Source: a virus
Taxonomy: Duplodnaviria; Caudoviricetes
Length of the DNA stretch: 64,000 nucleotides
Strand: one strand, 5' to 3'
Virus record (IMG/VR): IMGVR_UViG_3300023213_000432
Span: 32,001-96,000 of that record
This document shows positions 28,281-37,574 of this stretch, piece after piece (position 1 is the stretch's first letter; each line of letters opens with the position of its first letter). Under the pieces are notes generated by a model. The model worked only from the letters and a program-made list of their open reading frames with translations. It searched no databases and was not told the DNA's origin. The translations under genes and the position numbers were made by a program.

Positions 28281-29954
28281 ATGAAGAAATTGGTTTTGAT
28301 ATTAATGACTGTAGTGATGATGGGATGCGGAAATGATTCTGTTAAGGGAGTAAGACACAGGAACTATGATCTTAGGAATGCGGACGTCATTCCGGGGGAG
28401 ATTGTGATCGATCTGAAGGATAACGTTTCAGACAGTGATGTTGCGGAATTATCCAAGATAGCTGGCGTGAGGTTGCATGCAGACAATCCAACTGCTGAAA
28501 AATTCAAGATTGAGCACGGGCACGTGGATCCTAATTTGGAACAAGAAGTATTGGATCGATTAGCAAGTGATCCAAGAGTGGAACATTCAGAACCTGCTTA
28601 TCTTGCTCATGCTTTATTTATCCCCAATGATCCGATGTATAAGGAACAATGGGGTATCACTCGTATTGGAAGTGAGAGTGCTTGGAACATGACTTGCGGC
28701 AGAGGTTCCACTATAGCAATGTTAGATACGGGCATTGCAACTCATTTAAGCGACTTTGCAGAAACCAAGTTTCTTACTGGATATAACTTTGCCGATAATA
28801 ACGAAGATACTAATGATCGACAGAGTCATGGATCTCATACGGCTGCAACCGTAGCAGAGAGCACTTCCAACAATATTGGTGGTGCCGGTATTGCTTACTG
28901 TGCAACTATTCTTCCTGTCAAAGTTCTTGGGGATAATGGATCTGGATCTCTCTATAATGTTGCTGAAGGGATTAGATGGGCCGCCGATCAACGAGCCAAC
29001 ATTATTAACATGTCTCTTGGGGCTCATGTCAAAAGTGATATTATTGAAGATGCGGTAAATTACGCACTTGACCACGGATCTGTTGTGGTGGCAAGTAATG
29101 GAAATAGTGGTGGCAGTATTGGCTGGCCTGCCGCCTATCCGGGCGTAATAGCAGTGTCAGCAATCGATAATCGTGATCATATCGCTGATTTTTCTTCTCG
29201 TGGACCCGAGACTGTTATTAGTGGGCCTGGAGTTGATATTCTTCAAATCACTGTTGGGGAAGGTGGTAAAGGAGAACAGTATGTCAAGTATTCAGGAACT
29301 TCAATGAGTGCGCCCGGAATTTCTGGTGTAGGAGCAATGATTGTCAGTATGGGTGTCAATAAACCCGATGCAGTCAAAGCTATCTTGCAATCTTCTGCTG
29401 AGGATATTGGTCTTGATTCCGATGAACAGGGTGCCGGTATGGTTCGGGCAGATCGCGCAGTTAGATCGATTATTTTTACTCATACTCTTCTTCGATTGTT
29501 GGGATTGGCAGGACTTCTTTTCTTCTTCCGTAAGCAAATCAATACCGTTCTTGTGAAGAGTAAATTGTCAATCATTGGTATCGTTCTAGGAGGATTTGGT
29601 TTGGTACCTCTTTTCTTCTTGCACGTAATGCCTCATACAGGAATTGTTCGGGTATTAGTAGAGATGTTGGCTCGTCCAATTGGAGAGATGAATATTCCAC
29701 TAGGTTTCTTGATCAGCTACCTACCGTTAGCCAATTGTATTCCTGCAACCTTTGCCTCGCTGCTTTTCCTTAATAGTAGGTTGAAGAACTTTGCTGGTGG
29801 TTTAGCATTGGGCAGCGCTGCATTGTGTGCTCAAATGGCTTATAGCAATGACATGAATTTCGTTTTTGGAAGTTTAGTTATGCGAATGTTTATGGTTGTT
29901 AGTGTGGTGGTTTGTGGTTACTTCGTGAAGACGATTTTCGCCCAAAAACTCTGA
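28281..29954 (+). CDS. S8 subtilisin-like serine protease, lipoprotein signal and C-terminal TM helices
   Basis: Catalytic triad MLDTG / QSHGSH / SGTSMSAP; NMSLG, AAYP. Confidence 0.93.
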   Translation: MKKLVLILMTVVMMGCGNDSVKGVRHRNYDLRNADVIPGEIVIDLKDNVSDSDVAELSKIAGVRLHADNPTAEKFKIEHGHVDPNLEQEVLDRLASDPRVEHSEPAYLAHALFIPNDPMYKEQWGITRIGSESAWNMTCGRGSTIAMLDTGIATHLSDFAETKFLTGYNFADNNEDTNDRQSHGSHTAATVAESTSNNIGGAGIAYCATILPVKVLGDNGSGSLYNVAEGIRWAADQRANIINMSLGAHVKSDIIEDAVNYALDHGSVVVASNGNSGGSIGWPAAYPGVIAVSAIDNRDHIADFSSRGPETVISGPGVDILQITVGEGGKGEQYVKYSGTSMSAPGISGVGAMIVSMGVNKPDAVKAILQSSAEDIGLDSDEQGAGMVRADRAVRSIIFTHTLLRLLGLAGLLFFFRKQINTVLVKSKLSIIGIVLGGFGLVPLFFLHVMPHTGIVRVLVEMLARPIGEMNIPLGFLISYLPLANCIPATFASLLFLNSRLKNFAGGLALGSAALCAQMAYSNDMNFVFGSLVMRMFMVVSVVVCGYFVKTIFAQKL

Positions 29955-29995
29955 AAAATCGAAAGGTTGCATTGAGCATGATATAGTATTGTATT

Positions 29996-30898
29996 ATGCC
30001 CGATGAGCTATCTACACGAATTTGCCGTTCTTGCAAAGTAGAAAAGCCACTAAATACTTCTAATTTTCGTTGGAGAAACGATAATCAAAGATTTAGAACG
30101 GATTGTATCGAGTGTGAAAAGTTGTACCAACAACAATATAAAGAAGAAAACAAAGAAAAAGTCCTTCAAAGAAAGAAAAATTATTATTGGAACAATAGAG
30201 ATGCTATTCTAAAATATAAATTAGAAAACAAAGAGCGAGACGCCCGTAAAAATAAAGAGTACAAAAAGAAAAACAAAGAAAAGATTTTCATTCAACATAA
30301 AGAATGGGTCAAAAAGAACCCAGAGAAAGTCAAAAGTATCAATAAGAGATATGCCGCCAATAATAAAGAAAAAATAGCAGCCGCAGCACGAAAATATCGT
30401 CAAGATAATAAAGAGGAATATCGCGCGCGCCAACGTGCAAAATACTATAAAAAGAAGAACGATCTCAAATTTAAAGAAAGCAGAAGAAAACGACAAATCA
30501 AAAGATTGAAAAAGGATCTTATTTTTAAATTGAGAAAGAATATTTCTCGTGCAATTAATATTGCCCTCAAAGGAAACAAAAGGGGCGCCTCCATACTTAA
30601 TTATTTGTCATATACAATAGAGCAACTGTGGAAACATCTTGAAGTGCAATTTGAGCCGTGGATGAACAAAGATAATCACGGGCAATACGATCCCAAAATT
30701 TGGAATGATAATGATTCCTCTACTTGGAAATGGCAGCTAGATCATATTATCCCTCAATCTGATCTTCCATACATTTCGATGGAAGATGAGAATTTCAAAA
30801 AATGTTGGGCGTTAGAAAATCTTCGTCCATTAAGTGCCAAACAAAACTTGGAAGATGGCGCCCTTAGAACAAGGCATAAAATAAAAAAGAAAGCCTAA
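29996..30898 (+). CDS. HNH/His-Me finger homing-type endonuclease
   Basis: N-terminal CRSC..CIEC; basic helical middle; WQLDHIIP..CWALENLRPL..N. Confidence 0.75.
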   Translation: MPDELSTRICRSCKVEKPLNTSNFRWRNDNQRFRTDCIECEKLYQQQYKEENKEKVLQRKKNYYWNNRDAILKYKLENKERDARKNKEYKKKNKEKIFIQHKEWVKKNPEKVKSINKRYAANNKEKIAAAARKYRQDNKEEYRARQRAKYYKKKNDLKFKESRRKRQIKRLKKDLIFKLRKNISRAINIALKGNKRGASILNYLSYTIEQLWKHLEVQFEPWMNKDNHGQYDPKIWNDNDSSTWKWQLDHIIPQSDLPYISMEDENFKKCWALENLRPLSAKQNLEDGALRTRHKIKKKA

Positions 30899-30936
30899 CC
30901 AACAAAGTACAAGCAATCAAACAATAAGAAAAATCA

Positions 30937-31110
30937 ATGAACACAAAACTCTATTACGTTTGGGGACAATATAAGGATGGTCGCACAAATGGTTGGGTAG
31001 TAGGCTCTTATTATAATGAGAGTTTAGCCAAGGCAATTGTTGAACGCTGTAACGAAATACAAGATAGAATTTACGAAGCCAGAGAAGTTATTAACAAGGA
31101 AAATCAATGA
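30937..31110 (+). CDS. family B small protein (not in ORF track, 57 aa)
   Basis: YYVWGQYKDGRTNGW...YEARE. Confidence 0.6.
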   Translation: MNTKLYYVWGQYKDGRTNGWVVGSYYNESLAKAIVERCNEIQDRIYEAREVINKENQ

Positions 31111-31283
31111 ACGATAAACGGTACAGCATTTGGTGTCAGCCAAAAGATGGATCTTCAAATGGGAAATTTATTTCGCTTCTTCAGAATAATTTGGAATATT
31201 TAAAACATAAATGTGAAGAGTGGAATCGACGGTTTCACTGTTGGCACCACGAAGTTAGAGAATTGCCCAATAATAATTCATGA
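31107..31283 (+). CDS. family B small protein (not in ORF track, 58 aa)
   Basis: YSIWCQPKDGSSNG...HEVRE; ATGA overlaps on both sides. Confidence 0.6.
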   Translation: MNDKRYSIWCQPKDGSSNGKFISLLQNNLEYLKHKCEEWNRRFHCWHHEVRELPNNNS

Positions 31284-31567
31284 CTAAATGTATCGAGCCC
31301 GATTGTTTATCCCAAATTTCCCAAGAAGACCCTGACAACAAACACTATTGTTCAGAACATTGGGAACAATTCAAGCCAGCCCGCCAAAATCCTAATAGCA
31401 TTATTGATATTTTGCACAGTATTAAGAAAGTAGAAATTGCTCCAGATGGAACATTGGTGGTTTGGCAAGACGAATGTCAATATCCTGATAGCATTAGTGC
31501 CTTTATTCCTAAATCTTTTACTTACGATTTGTTGTGCCTGATCGAGGAACATTTAACTAAAGGATAA
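31280..31567 (+). CDS. hypothetical protein
   Basis: ATGA overlap. Confidence 0.55.
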   Translation: MTKCIEPDCLSQISQEDPDNKHYCSEHWEQFKPARQNPNSIIDILHSIKKVEIAPDGTLVVWQDECQYPDSISAFIPKSFTYDLLCLIEEHLTKG

Positions 31568-31931
31568 TATTACATGCATCAGTATAGCGTTTGCATACCT
31601 ATTACTATTAGTCGTCTTGACAAAAATGGTTCTCCCGAAGATAACCTTCATTGGAGTATTCATTTCGAAATGGAAGGTGAGACTCATGAGGAGGTTCATC
31701 AAAAGTTCGTTAAACTTTTCCAAGAGAAGTTGCGAGAACCTAAGTGTCAATAGCAGCTTTTGATCCCGAAATTCGTTTCACCCGCAGGTTAGTTAAGATA
31801 TATCCCGGCGAGTATATCAAGCCCACATTCATTATATTGCCACTTCCTGATGGATACCGAGAAGAGACCAATGATGAATTTAGATATAGAATTTCTGAGA
31901 GTCTTACGAAAGCCAATAGGAATCCATTAAA

Positions 31932-32231
31932 ATGATCGTTCCTAAAGTTGGGTTGAGAGTCAAAGGAAATGTTAAAGCTACCTTGCCTTACATGAGAGAA
32001 GAGGGAACTGTAGTTAGTGTTTTGAGCTTCGGAAGATTTTGTATTAATTTTTCTAACGGTATTACAAATCAATGGTTCGAAGGGAAACCTAGCATTCGTA
32101 AAGAAGATGAATGGTTTGATCCACTAGACGAAGTGCCAACCCTTCGCTCTGATGAATTATCAAAACCTAAGAACGATTGGTGTTTATGTGGAATTTGGCA
32201 ACAAGATTGTGTATATCATAAAAATTTGTGA
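31932..32231 (+). CDS. SH3-like module + Cys/His tail
   Basis: PKVGLRVKG; CLCGIWQQDCVYH. Confidence 0.5.
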   Translation: MIVPKVGLRVKGNVKATLPYMREEGTVVSVLSFGRFCINFSNGITNQWFEGKPSIRKEDEWFDPLDEVPTLRSDELSKPKNDWCLCGIWQQDCVYHKNL

Positions 32232-32418
32232 GGAAAATTATGAGATTAATATTTTGTGTGATGTGGACATTTATAGCGGTATGGAATGGATTTTCGGCTT
32301 ATTTGTGTTTTACGTCGCATCATCCAGTTTTTGGAGCTTTGTGCGCAGGTACGGCTCTATTATCTCTCTTAATGCTATGGTGGAATTTCAAACACCTACG
32401 CGAATAACGAGGTGATTA

Positions 32419-32616
32419 ATGAAAATAATATTGTGTGTGGTTTGGACGTTTTTTGTGATCTTGAATATTGCTTTTGCTTATTCGAGTTTCATGTCGCGGC
32501 ACTTCGGTATGGGAACACTGAATATAGCCACAACTCTAGTTTCTCTCTTGATGTTATGGTGGTGGAGCTATGGTGGTGGAGCTTCAATTTTACATAAAGA
32601 ATGGTGGAAAAAATGA
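32419..32616 (+). CDS. small membrane protein
   Basis: Two hydrophobic helices; GAGG SD. Confidence 0.5.
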   Translation: MKIILCVVWTFFVILNIAFAYSSFMSRHFGMGTLNIATTLVSLLMLWWWSYGGGASILHKEWWKK

Positions 32617-32725
32617 CTTTCTTTGTCTGCTTTTTTGGATTGTTTTTAATCCATCTGGTGCTACAGGATTGGTTAGACATTGAGGACGTAAAGAAAAGAC
32701 ACCCAAACTATTGGAGCAAAAGATC

Positions 32726-33004
32726 ATGAATCCATATCGCGAACAAGATATTTCTATTACCAAACCCACCTTTTGGGTTAAACATACAAAAAGTTTAGCA
32801 TATACATTTGTGCTAGCTTTAGGAATTGGTGCTGGAAGCGCATACACTTATTGGAAATTGACACACCCTAAACCTTGTGCGGATAAAGTTGAACGCGTTG
32901 GAGACCTCTTAAGCACTTCATGTCCCTCTAAATTAGAATTCACTAATGTTGGCTATCAACTATATGCTATTTGTCGATGTCAAGAAACTAAAAAGGAGAA
33001 GTAA
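32726..33004 (+). CDS. membrane-anchored hypothetical protein
   Basis: One TM helix, Cys pairs. Confidence 0.5.
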   Translation: MNPYREQDISITKPTFWVKHTKSLAYTFVLALGIGAGSAYTYWKLTHPKPCADKVERVGDLLSTSCPSKLEFTNVGYQLYAICRCQETKKEK

Positions 33005-33005
33005 T

Positions 33006-33140
33006 ATGTATGGAGAGCCTGAAGATGTAGCGGGACAATGCAATGCTCATCTTTATATTGAAGATAATTTTGGTGACAATCATGCTACTATGCGATGCCA
33101 ATTAGCTCTTGGACATGCGGGAAAACATCGAGGTCAATAA
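33006..33140 (+). CDS. small protein truncated by IsrB element insertion
   Basis: AGGAG SD; stop TAA comes from element end GTCAATAA. Confidence 0.5.
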   Translation: MYGEPEDVAGQCNAHLYIEDNFGDNHATMRCQLALGHAGKHRGQ

Positions 33141-33456
33141 CCCATGACTAAACTCATGGGCTTGTGCGAAGGGAACCAGTCATTCTCTTTTGATCAAGAC
33201 TAAAATATTGTACTAGACGCAGATCAGAATAGGAGACATTAAGTCAAATAATAGATCAAATAGGCAGATCAGGATCGCTAATGACGAGACTGGAAAAGAT
33301 TACGCTACTGGATGTTTCGCTAGTCTGTAGCCGCATCTCCGTAAGGAGATGCCGATATCTCATCGATAATTTTATGAGGTATTCGCTGTGTTCTGCTTAT
33401 GTCGAAGCGAGTTGAACAAGGCACGTAAGTGCAATTCTTTAGGAAAAGAAACAACA
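33133..33456 (+). ncRNA. omegaRNA (HEARO-like) scaffold of IsrB; guide is the ~16-20 nt just upstream
   Basis: Non-coding, multi-hairpin; near-identical copies at 41379 and 43938; lies directly 5' of the PLMP ORF. Confidence 0.8.
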
Positions 33457-34499
33457 TTGGTTCCCGTCATCGATAATCATAAACAACCATTAATGCCCTG
33501 CTCTGAGAAAAGAGCTAGGAAATTTATGGAGAAAGGCAGCGCTATCTCATATTGGCAGAAAGGTATCTTTTGCATTCGTCTAACTAAAGAACCTTCTAAC
33601 CGAAATAAACAACCCATTGCTCTTGGGATTGATCCGGGAAGTAAAAGAGAAGGATATACTGTCGCTACCAAGAAAGCGGTGGTTCTCAATATCACGACTA
33701 ATACTCCAAACTGGATTAAAGAACATATAGAAGCTCGTAGAAACCTTCGAAGATCTAGAAGATACCGAAAGACCCCTTATCGTTCTTGTCGAGAAAACAG
33801 AGCTACTTTACGAAAAAATCGTATTCCTCCTTCTACCAAAGCGAGATGGAACGCTAAACTGAGAATGGTTAAATTTCTTCTGAAAATTATTCCTATTACC
33901 ATCATTAATGTAGAAGATATTTCTGCTACCACTAAGAAAGGGCAGGCAAAATGGAATGCATCCTTTTCTCCTTTGGAGGTTGGAAAAACTTGGCTATATC
34001 AAGAGATAGAAAATTTAGGAGTTCAGCTTCTCAAAACCCAAGGATATCAAACTCAAGAAAAGCGAAATCAACGAGGCTTTCAGAAATCATCTTCTAAGCT
34101 TAGCTATTCTTGGAATGCTCATAACGTAGATAGTCATGTTCTTGCAGAGATAGCGTTAGGAACAGAAATCTCTCCATATTATGGATTGTGGAAAATAGAG
34201 TTTTTAGAATTTCATCGAAGACAACTTCATGTTCAGAATCCAATCAGAGGCAATATTAGAAAACAATATGGAACCACTATTTCTTTAGGAATGTCAAGAG
34301 GATCTATCGTGAAATATGAAGGTAAGCTTTATTATCTTGGAGGAAGCAGCAAAGATAAAATTGCTATTCATAATATCATTACAGGAAAAAGAGTTAAACA
34401 ATACGTCAAGATGGGAGATATTGACGTTTTATATACACAGAATAGGAGAGTTCAATTCCTCCCACGATTAAAATCGTGGGTCTCCTTGAACCAATTTTC
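33133..34499 (+). mobile_element. IS200/IS605-superfamily IsrB element (no tnpA)
   Basis: GTCAATAACCCATGAC..GTCATGGG end, omegaRNA, isrB ORF, CCCACGATTAAAATCGTGGG end, then ATGA. Confidence 0.88.
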
Positions 34500-34503
34500 A
34501 TGA
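33457..34503 (+). CDS. isrB: IsrB RNA-guided nickase (PLMP + RuvC, no HNH)
   Basis: PLMPC..RAR; RuvC-I GIDPG; Arg-rich bridge helix; RuvC-II VEDI; RuvC-III AHNVDS only ~70 aa later with no HNH; ~348 aa. Confidence 0.85.
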   Translation: MVPVIDNHKQPLMPCSEKRARKFMEKGSAISYWQKGIFCIRLTKEPSNRNKQPIALGIDPGSKREGYTVATKKAVVLNITTNTPNWIKEHIEARRNLRRSRRYRKTPYRSCRENRATLRKNRIPPSTKARWNAKLRMVKFLLKIIPITIINVEDISATTKKGQAKWNASFSPLEVGKTWLYQEIENLGVQLLKTQGYQTQEKRNQRGFQKSSSKLSYSWNAHNVDSHVLAEIALGTEISPYYGLWKIEFLEFHRRQLHVQNPIRGNIRKQYGTTISLGMSRGSIVKYEGKLYYLGGSSKDKIAIHNIITGKRVKQYVKMGDIDVLYTQNRRVQFLPRLKSWVSLNQFS

Positions 34504-35645
34504 CAACAGCATCCAAAATTTTAACTAAGATGTTAGGAAGCGTGGTTCAGTCTTCCGCCAAATCATTGCTCGGCACCCAAATTAAAAAGACAGTGAATGG
34601 TCTGATCAAAAATCTTACTAAGAAATCTCAAGAGAATATTGAGAAAGAAATTGTTGAAAGACTTGGCTATATGAGTAGCCACTATCGTCTTGATAAGGAT
34701 CAAAATATTCTTTTTAAGCCGAGTCCAATTTTCTTTCATGAGTGGCTGAATAACTCCCCGATAATGGCGGGCAGGATCATTAAAGATGAAGAGAACGGGT
34801 CGATTTTCATTGATGACAAACTAATCGAAAATTCCCATAAGGTGGAAATTATCAAAGAGTTCATTAAAAATACTGATGCTCAATCTGCTGCATTGGGATC
34901 CTATTTGACTAGGGCTTTGGATTTCTTTGATGCCAGCGATTTCATTGGTAAAAAATTCGCCAAGACTTTTGATGGTTGGACAGAAGGAACTCCTAGCGTT
35001 ATTGATGAATTCTTGCAGGGATGCTTTGGAACCGCTCTGGAAACTGACGAAGAATATAGTCGTTTAATTTTCAGGAGATGGATGATTAGTGCAGCCCGAA
35101 GGATTATGAAGCCGGGTTCGGTTGCCGATCTGTGCTTCACTCTGCAAGGAAAACCGGGCGTTGGAAAAAGTGCATTTCTCAAAAACCTGATGCCATCGCC
35201 TTTTGATGAGCGCACCGGCATCGTCTATTGTGACATTCGTAACCCACAGAAACTTGTGGAAAATTTGATTGGATTGAGCATTGCTAATATGGACGAATTG
35301 AATATTTTGGAGATCCCGAAGACGACTGAGGTATTCAAAATGCTTTTAAGCGCTACTTCGGTGATTACCAGACTGCCTTGGCGTCGTGATCCTAAAAAGT
35401 TCGACCTCCGAGTTGCTTTTGCGGCGACCACTAATAAATCAAAATTCATTAATGATGAAGCTCTTAAACGAAGGATGGGAGTGATTGAATTGAACGGAAG
35501 CCAAAAACTTAATTTTCAATATCTTGAAGAACAAAAATCCAATTTATGGAAAGAATCAGTTTGGCTTGCTAATCAAGGAATCAGTTGCACTCTTGATATT
35601 AGAGAGCAGGAGCGTGTGGAATCATTCAATACAAAATTTATCTAA
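34500..35645 (+). CDS. VapE/VirE-family P-loop ATPase (SF3-helicase-like)
   Basis: RRWMISAARR, LQGKPGVGKS, NMDEL, FAATTN, RRMGVI. Confidence 0.8.
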   Translation: MTTASKILTKMLGSVVQSSAKSLLGTQIKKTVNGLIKNLTKKSQENIEKEIVERLGYMSSHYRLDKDQNILFKPSPIFFHEWLNNSPIMAGRIIKDEENGSIFIDDKLIENSHKVEIIKEFIKNTDAQSAALGSYLTRALDFFDASDFIGKKFAKTFDGWTEGTPSVIDEFLQGCFGTALETDEEYSRLIFRRWMISAARRIMKPGSVADLCFTLQGKPGVGKSAFLKNLMPSPFDERTGIVYCDIRNPQKLVENLIGLSIANMDELNILEIPKTTEVFKMLLSATSVITRLPWRRDPKKFDLRVAFAATTNKSKFINDEALKRRMGVIELNGSQKLNFQYLEEQKSNLWKESVWLANQGISCTLDIREQERVESFNTKFI

Positions 35646-35650
35646 ATAAA

Positions 35651-35897
35651 GCAGAAAGCTCTCGTCTTTAAGCGAGAGATGAATGCGTTTTCTCAAAAAT
35701 ATTTTAACAAAAGTACGCATATGGTGATATATACATTAAACTAGATTGACGAAAACCAAGTCAATATAGCGGAATAAAACCTGTCTGGTTACGGAATATA
35801 GTCGGACATTAAACAAAAACGCGGTGAGGCGCTAGTAGAAGTATTAAACTAGGTCAATGAAACGCGAAGCTTTTGTTTTTAGGCAAAGGTAGTTCAC
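35651..35897 (+). mobile_element. non-autonomous IS605-type (TnpB-derived) MITE with putative reRNA
   Basis: LE CTCTCG-TCTTTAAG-CGAGAG ATGAATGCG; RE GAAGCTTTTG..TTTAGGCAAAGGTAGTTCAC; no ORF. Confidence 0.7.
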
Positions 35898-36802
35898 GTT
35901 ACCTTGATGAATTTCTGATGTAGCCGAGTTGCTTCTAATAAGATGATAAGAAGTTTTTCGTCTGGAGTGATATTACGCTCTATCATCCACTCCCACACAT
36001 CTTTATTGCATTTGGATTGATTGCAACTAAGACATGCTGGAACAACATTGATTTTGGTGTGTTGTCCTTCTTTGAGCAGGGCAACAATATGATCCATGGT
36101 AAGATAATGGGGATGGTGATAATCTCCTAATGTTAATAAAACAATAGAACAATAGGCACATTTTCCATCAAATTCTTCTATACGGTCGGTCCATTGTTGG
36201 GTTGTGAGATCACCGCGGGCCGCAATGCGAGTGCGTTTTCCATTACTGACTGCACTCATAGCACGCATCGCCATTCGTCGTTCTGGCTTTTGTTCATATT
36301 CTTTTCGCCACGCTCTTCCTTCTAAACTTTGTTGCCATGCTTTTGTAGCATTCCTTCTTTTGGGGGATGCCTCATAAGCCTTAGATTTAGGAGTTTGACG
36401 ATACGCTTTTTCCCACGCTTTTCGCTTTGGTGCCCGACAATATTCTTTGATTTTTGCTTTGCCCTTTGAGCTTTGTCGATATTTTTTGCCAGCGGTTTTA
36501 TTGACGAAGATTCCTCTTGGTGTTTTTCTGTATATTTCACCAGCAATTTTATTACATTTAGGACACGATGCTAGATCAGCCGGATATTCGTGCAATCCTT
36601 TTTGACAGATACGTGTTTTCCCAATTCCACCGATCATCCTTTTTGCAATCCAGATCTCTTGACTTATTTTCTTACATTCTGGACATATTTTTAGATGACT
36701 TAGATATTCATGTAGTCCTTTTCGACATTTTTTCAATTCTCCTGTGATTGGTAGCAGTTTGCTCCTCCACTTCCTACACTCACTTTTTTGCATTCTGGAC
36801 AA
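35894..36802 (-). CDS. HNH endonuclease (C-terminal part)
   Basis: CAYC..TMDHIV..G.HT..NVVPACLSCNQSK; CxKGLHEY..CPxC repeats. Confidence 0.85.
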   Translation of the reverse strand: MSRMQKSECRKWRSKLLPITGELKKCRKGLHEYLSHLKICPECKKISQEIWIAKRMIGGIGKTRICQKGLHEYPADLASCPKCNKIAGEIYRKTPRGIFVNKTAGKKYRQSSKGKAKIKEYCRAPKRKAWEKAYRQTPKSKAYEASPKRRNATKAWQQSLEGRAWRKEYEQKPERRMAMRAMSAVSNGKRTRIAARGDLTTQQWTDRIEEFDGKCAYCSIVLLTLGDYHHPHYLTMDHIVALLKEGQHTKINVVPACLSCNQSKCNKDVWEWMIERNITPDEKLLIILLEATRLHQKFIKVT

Positions 36803-37128
36803 GTGTAAGCGGTTTCAGGGTATTGATGCAATTTCTTTCGGCATAACTGCATGCCATCCACAATATCACCGCCTTTATATATACTGATAATGTTAGGATC
36901 GTTATGCCTTTGCATTCTGCCATAATGAACTATACAGTATCCTTTAGCGAGATTGCATGTCAAATTAGTTTCTGAACAACTATCGACTTTACATTTCTGT
37001 TCTTTTAACGGTCGCATCGGTAAACCCATGTCAATGTTATTTTTCCATCTATGGTAATGAACACGGCAATAACCTTTAGCGGAAGCGGGTCTTTCACACC
37101 ATTCTATCGAACATTTTGATTGGTTCAC
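36733..37128 (-). CDS. Cys/His Zn-repeat N-terminal part of the HNH protein (probable frameshift into 35894-36802)
   Basis: CSIEWC..AKGYCRVHY repeats and the CRKKLHQY..CPEC repeat shared with the downstream ORF. Confidence 0.6.
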   Translation of the reverse strand: MNQSKCSIEWCERPASAKGYCRVHYHRWKNNIDMGLPMRPLKEQKCKVDSCSETNLTCNLAKGYCIVHYGRMQRHNDPNIISIYKGGDIVDGMQLCRKKLHQYPETAYTCPECKKVSVGSGGANCYQSQEN

Positions 37129-37307
37129 TTCTCCTCCAATATCGCCCTAATTCTCCGCAGTTTCTCTTCCGCATTCGAGAAACCATTATCCACCAATATC
37201 GTTCCATTTTCCATTTGTTTGGCATTAGGTATCTTTCCAGCCTTGAACCAACGATACGCAGTTATGTAAGAAATACCTTGTTCTTGTGCCCATTTACTCA
37301 ACTTCAT
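37125..37307 (-). CDS. MerR/excisionase-like HTH resembling the IS607 TnpA N-terminus
   Basis: MKLSKWAQEQGISYITAYRWFKAGKIP..GTILV; GGAGG SD; GTGA overlap. Confidence 0.75.
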   Translation of the reverse strand: MKLSKWAQEQGISYITAYRWFKAGKIPNAKQMENGTILVDNGFSNAEEKLRRIRAILEEK

Positions 37308-37359
37308 TATAACCTCCAATGGTATGTAATATTATGCCCATAAATGATAAGAAATAATA

Positions 37360-37560
37360 ATGACAACACCTAAAAAGAAAAAGACGCCCGCCTCTATCAA
37401 AATAGAAATCAGACCTACAGATTTCAGCTTCTTATGCTGTGTTGTATGCAACGGATTCCATTGTGAATATGAATTGGTTTCCTATGTGTCGGAAGGCATT
37501 GTGGGAGAATCACAATATGGAATTCATAAGAATTGTATTAAGCATCTAAAAGGAAAGTAG
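37360..37560 (+). CDS. hypothetical protein
   Basis: CVVC...HKNC. Confidence 0.5.
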   Translation: MTTPKKKKTPASIKIEIRPTDFSFLCCVVCNGFHCEYELVSYVSEGIVGESQYGIHKNCIKHLKGK

Positions 37561-37574
37561 AAGGAGAAAAAATC

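Noticed and set aside
33457-34503. IscB or Cas9-like call
   Set aside because: No HNH insert between RuvC-II and RuvC-III and a length of ~348 aa fit IsrB
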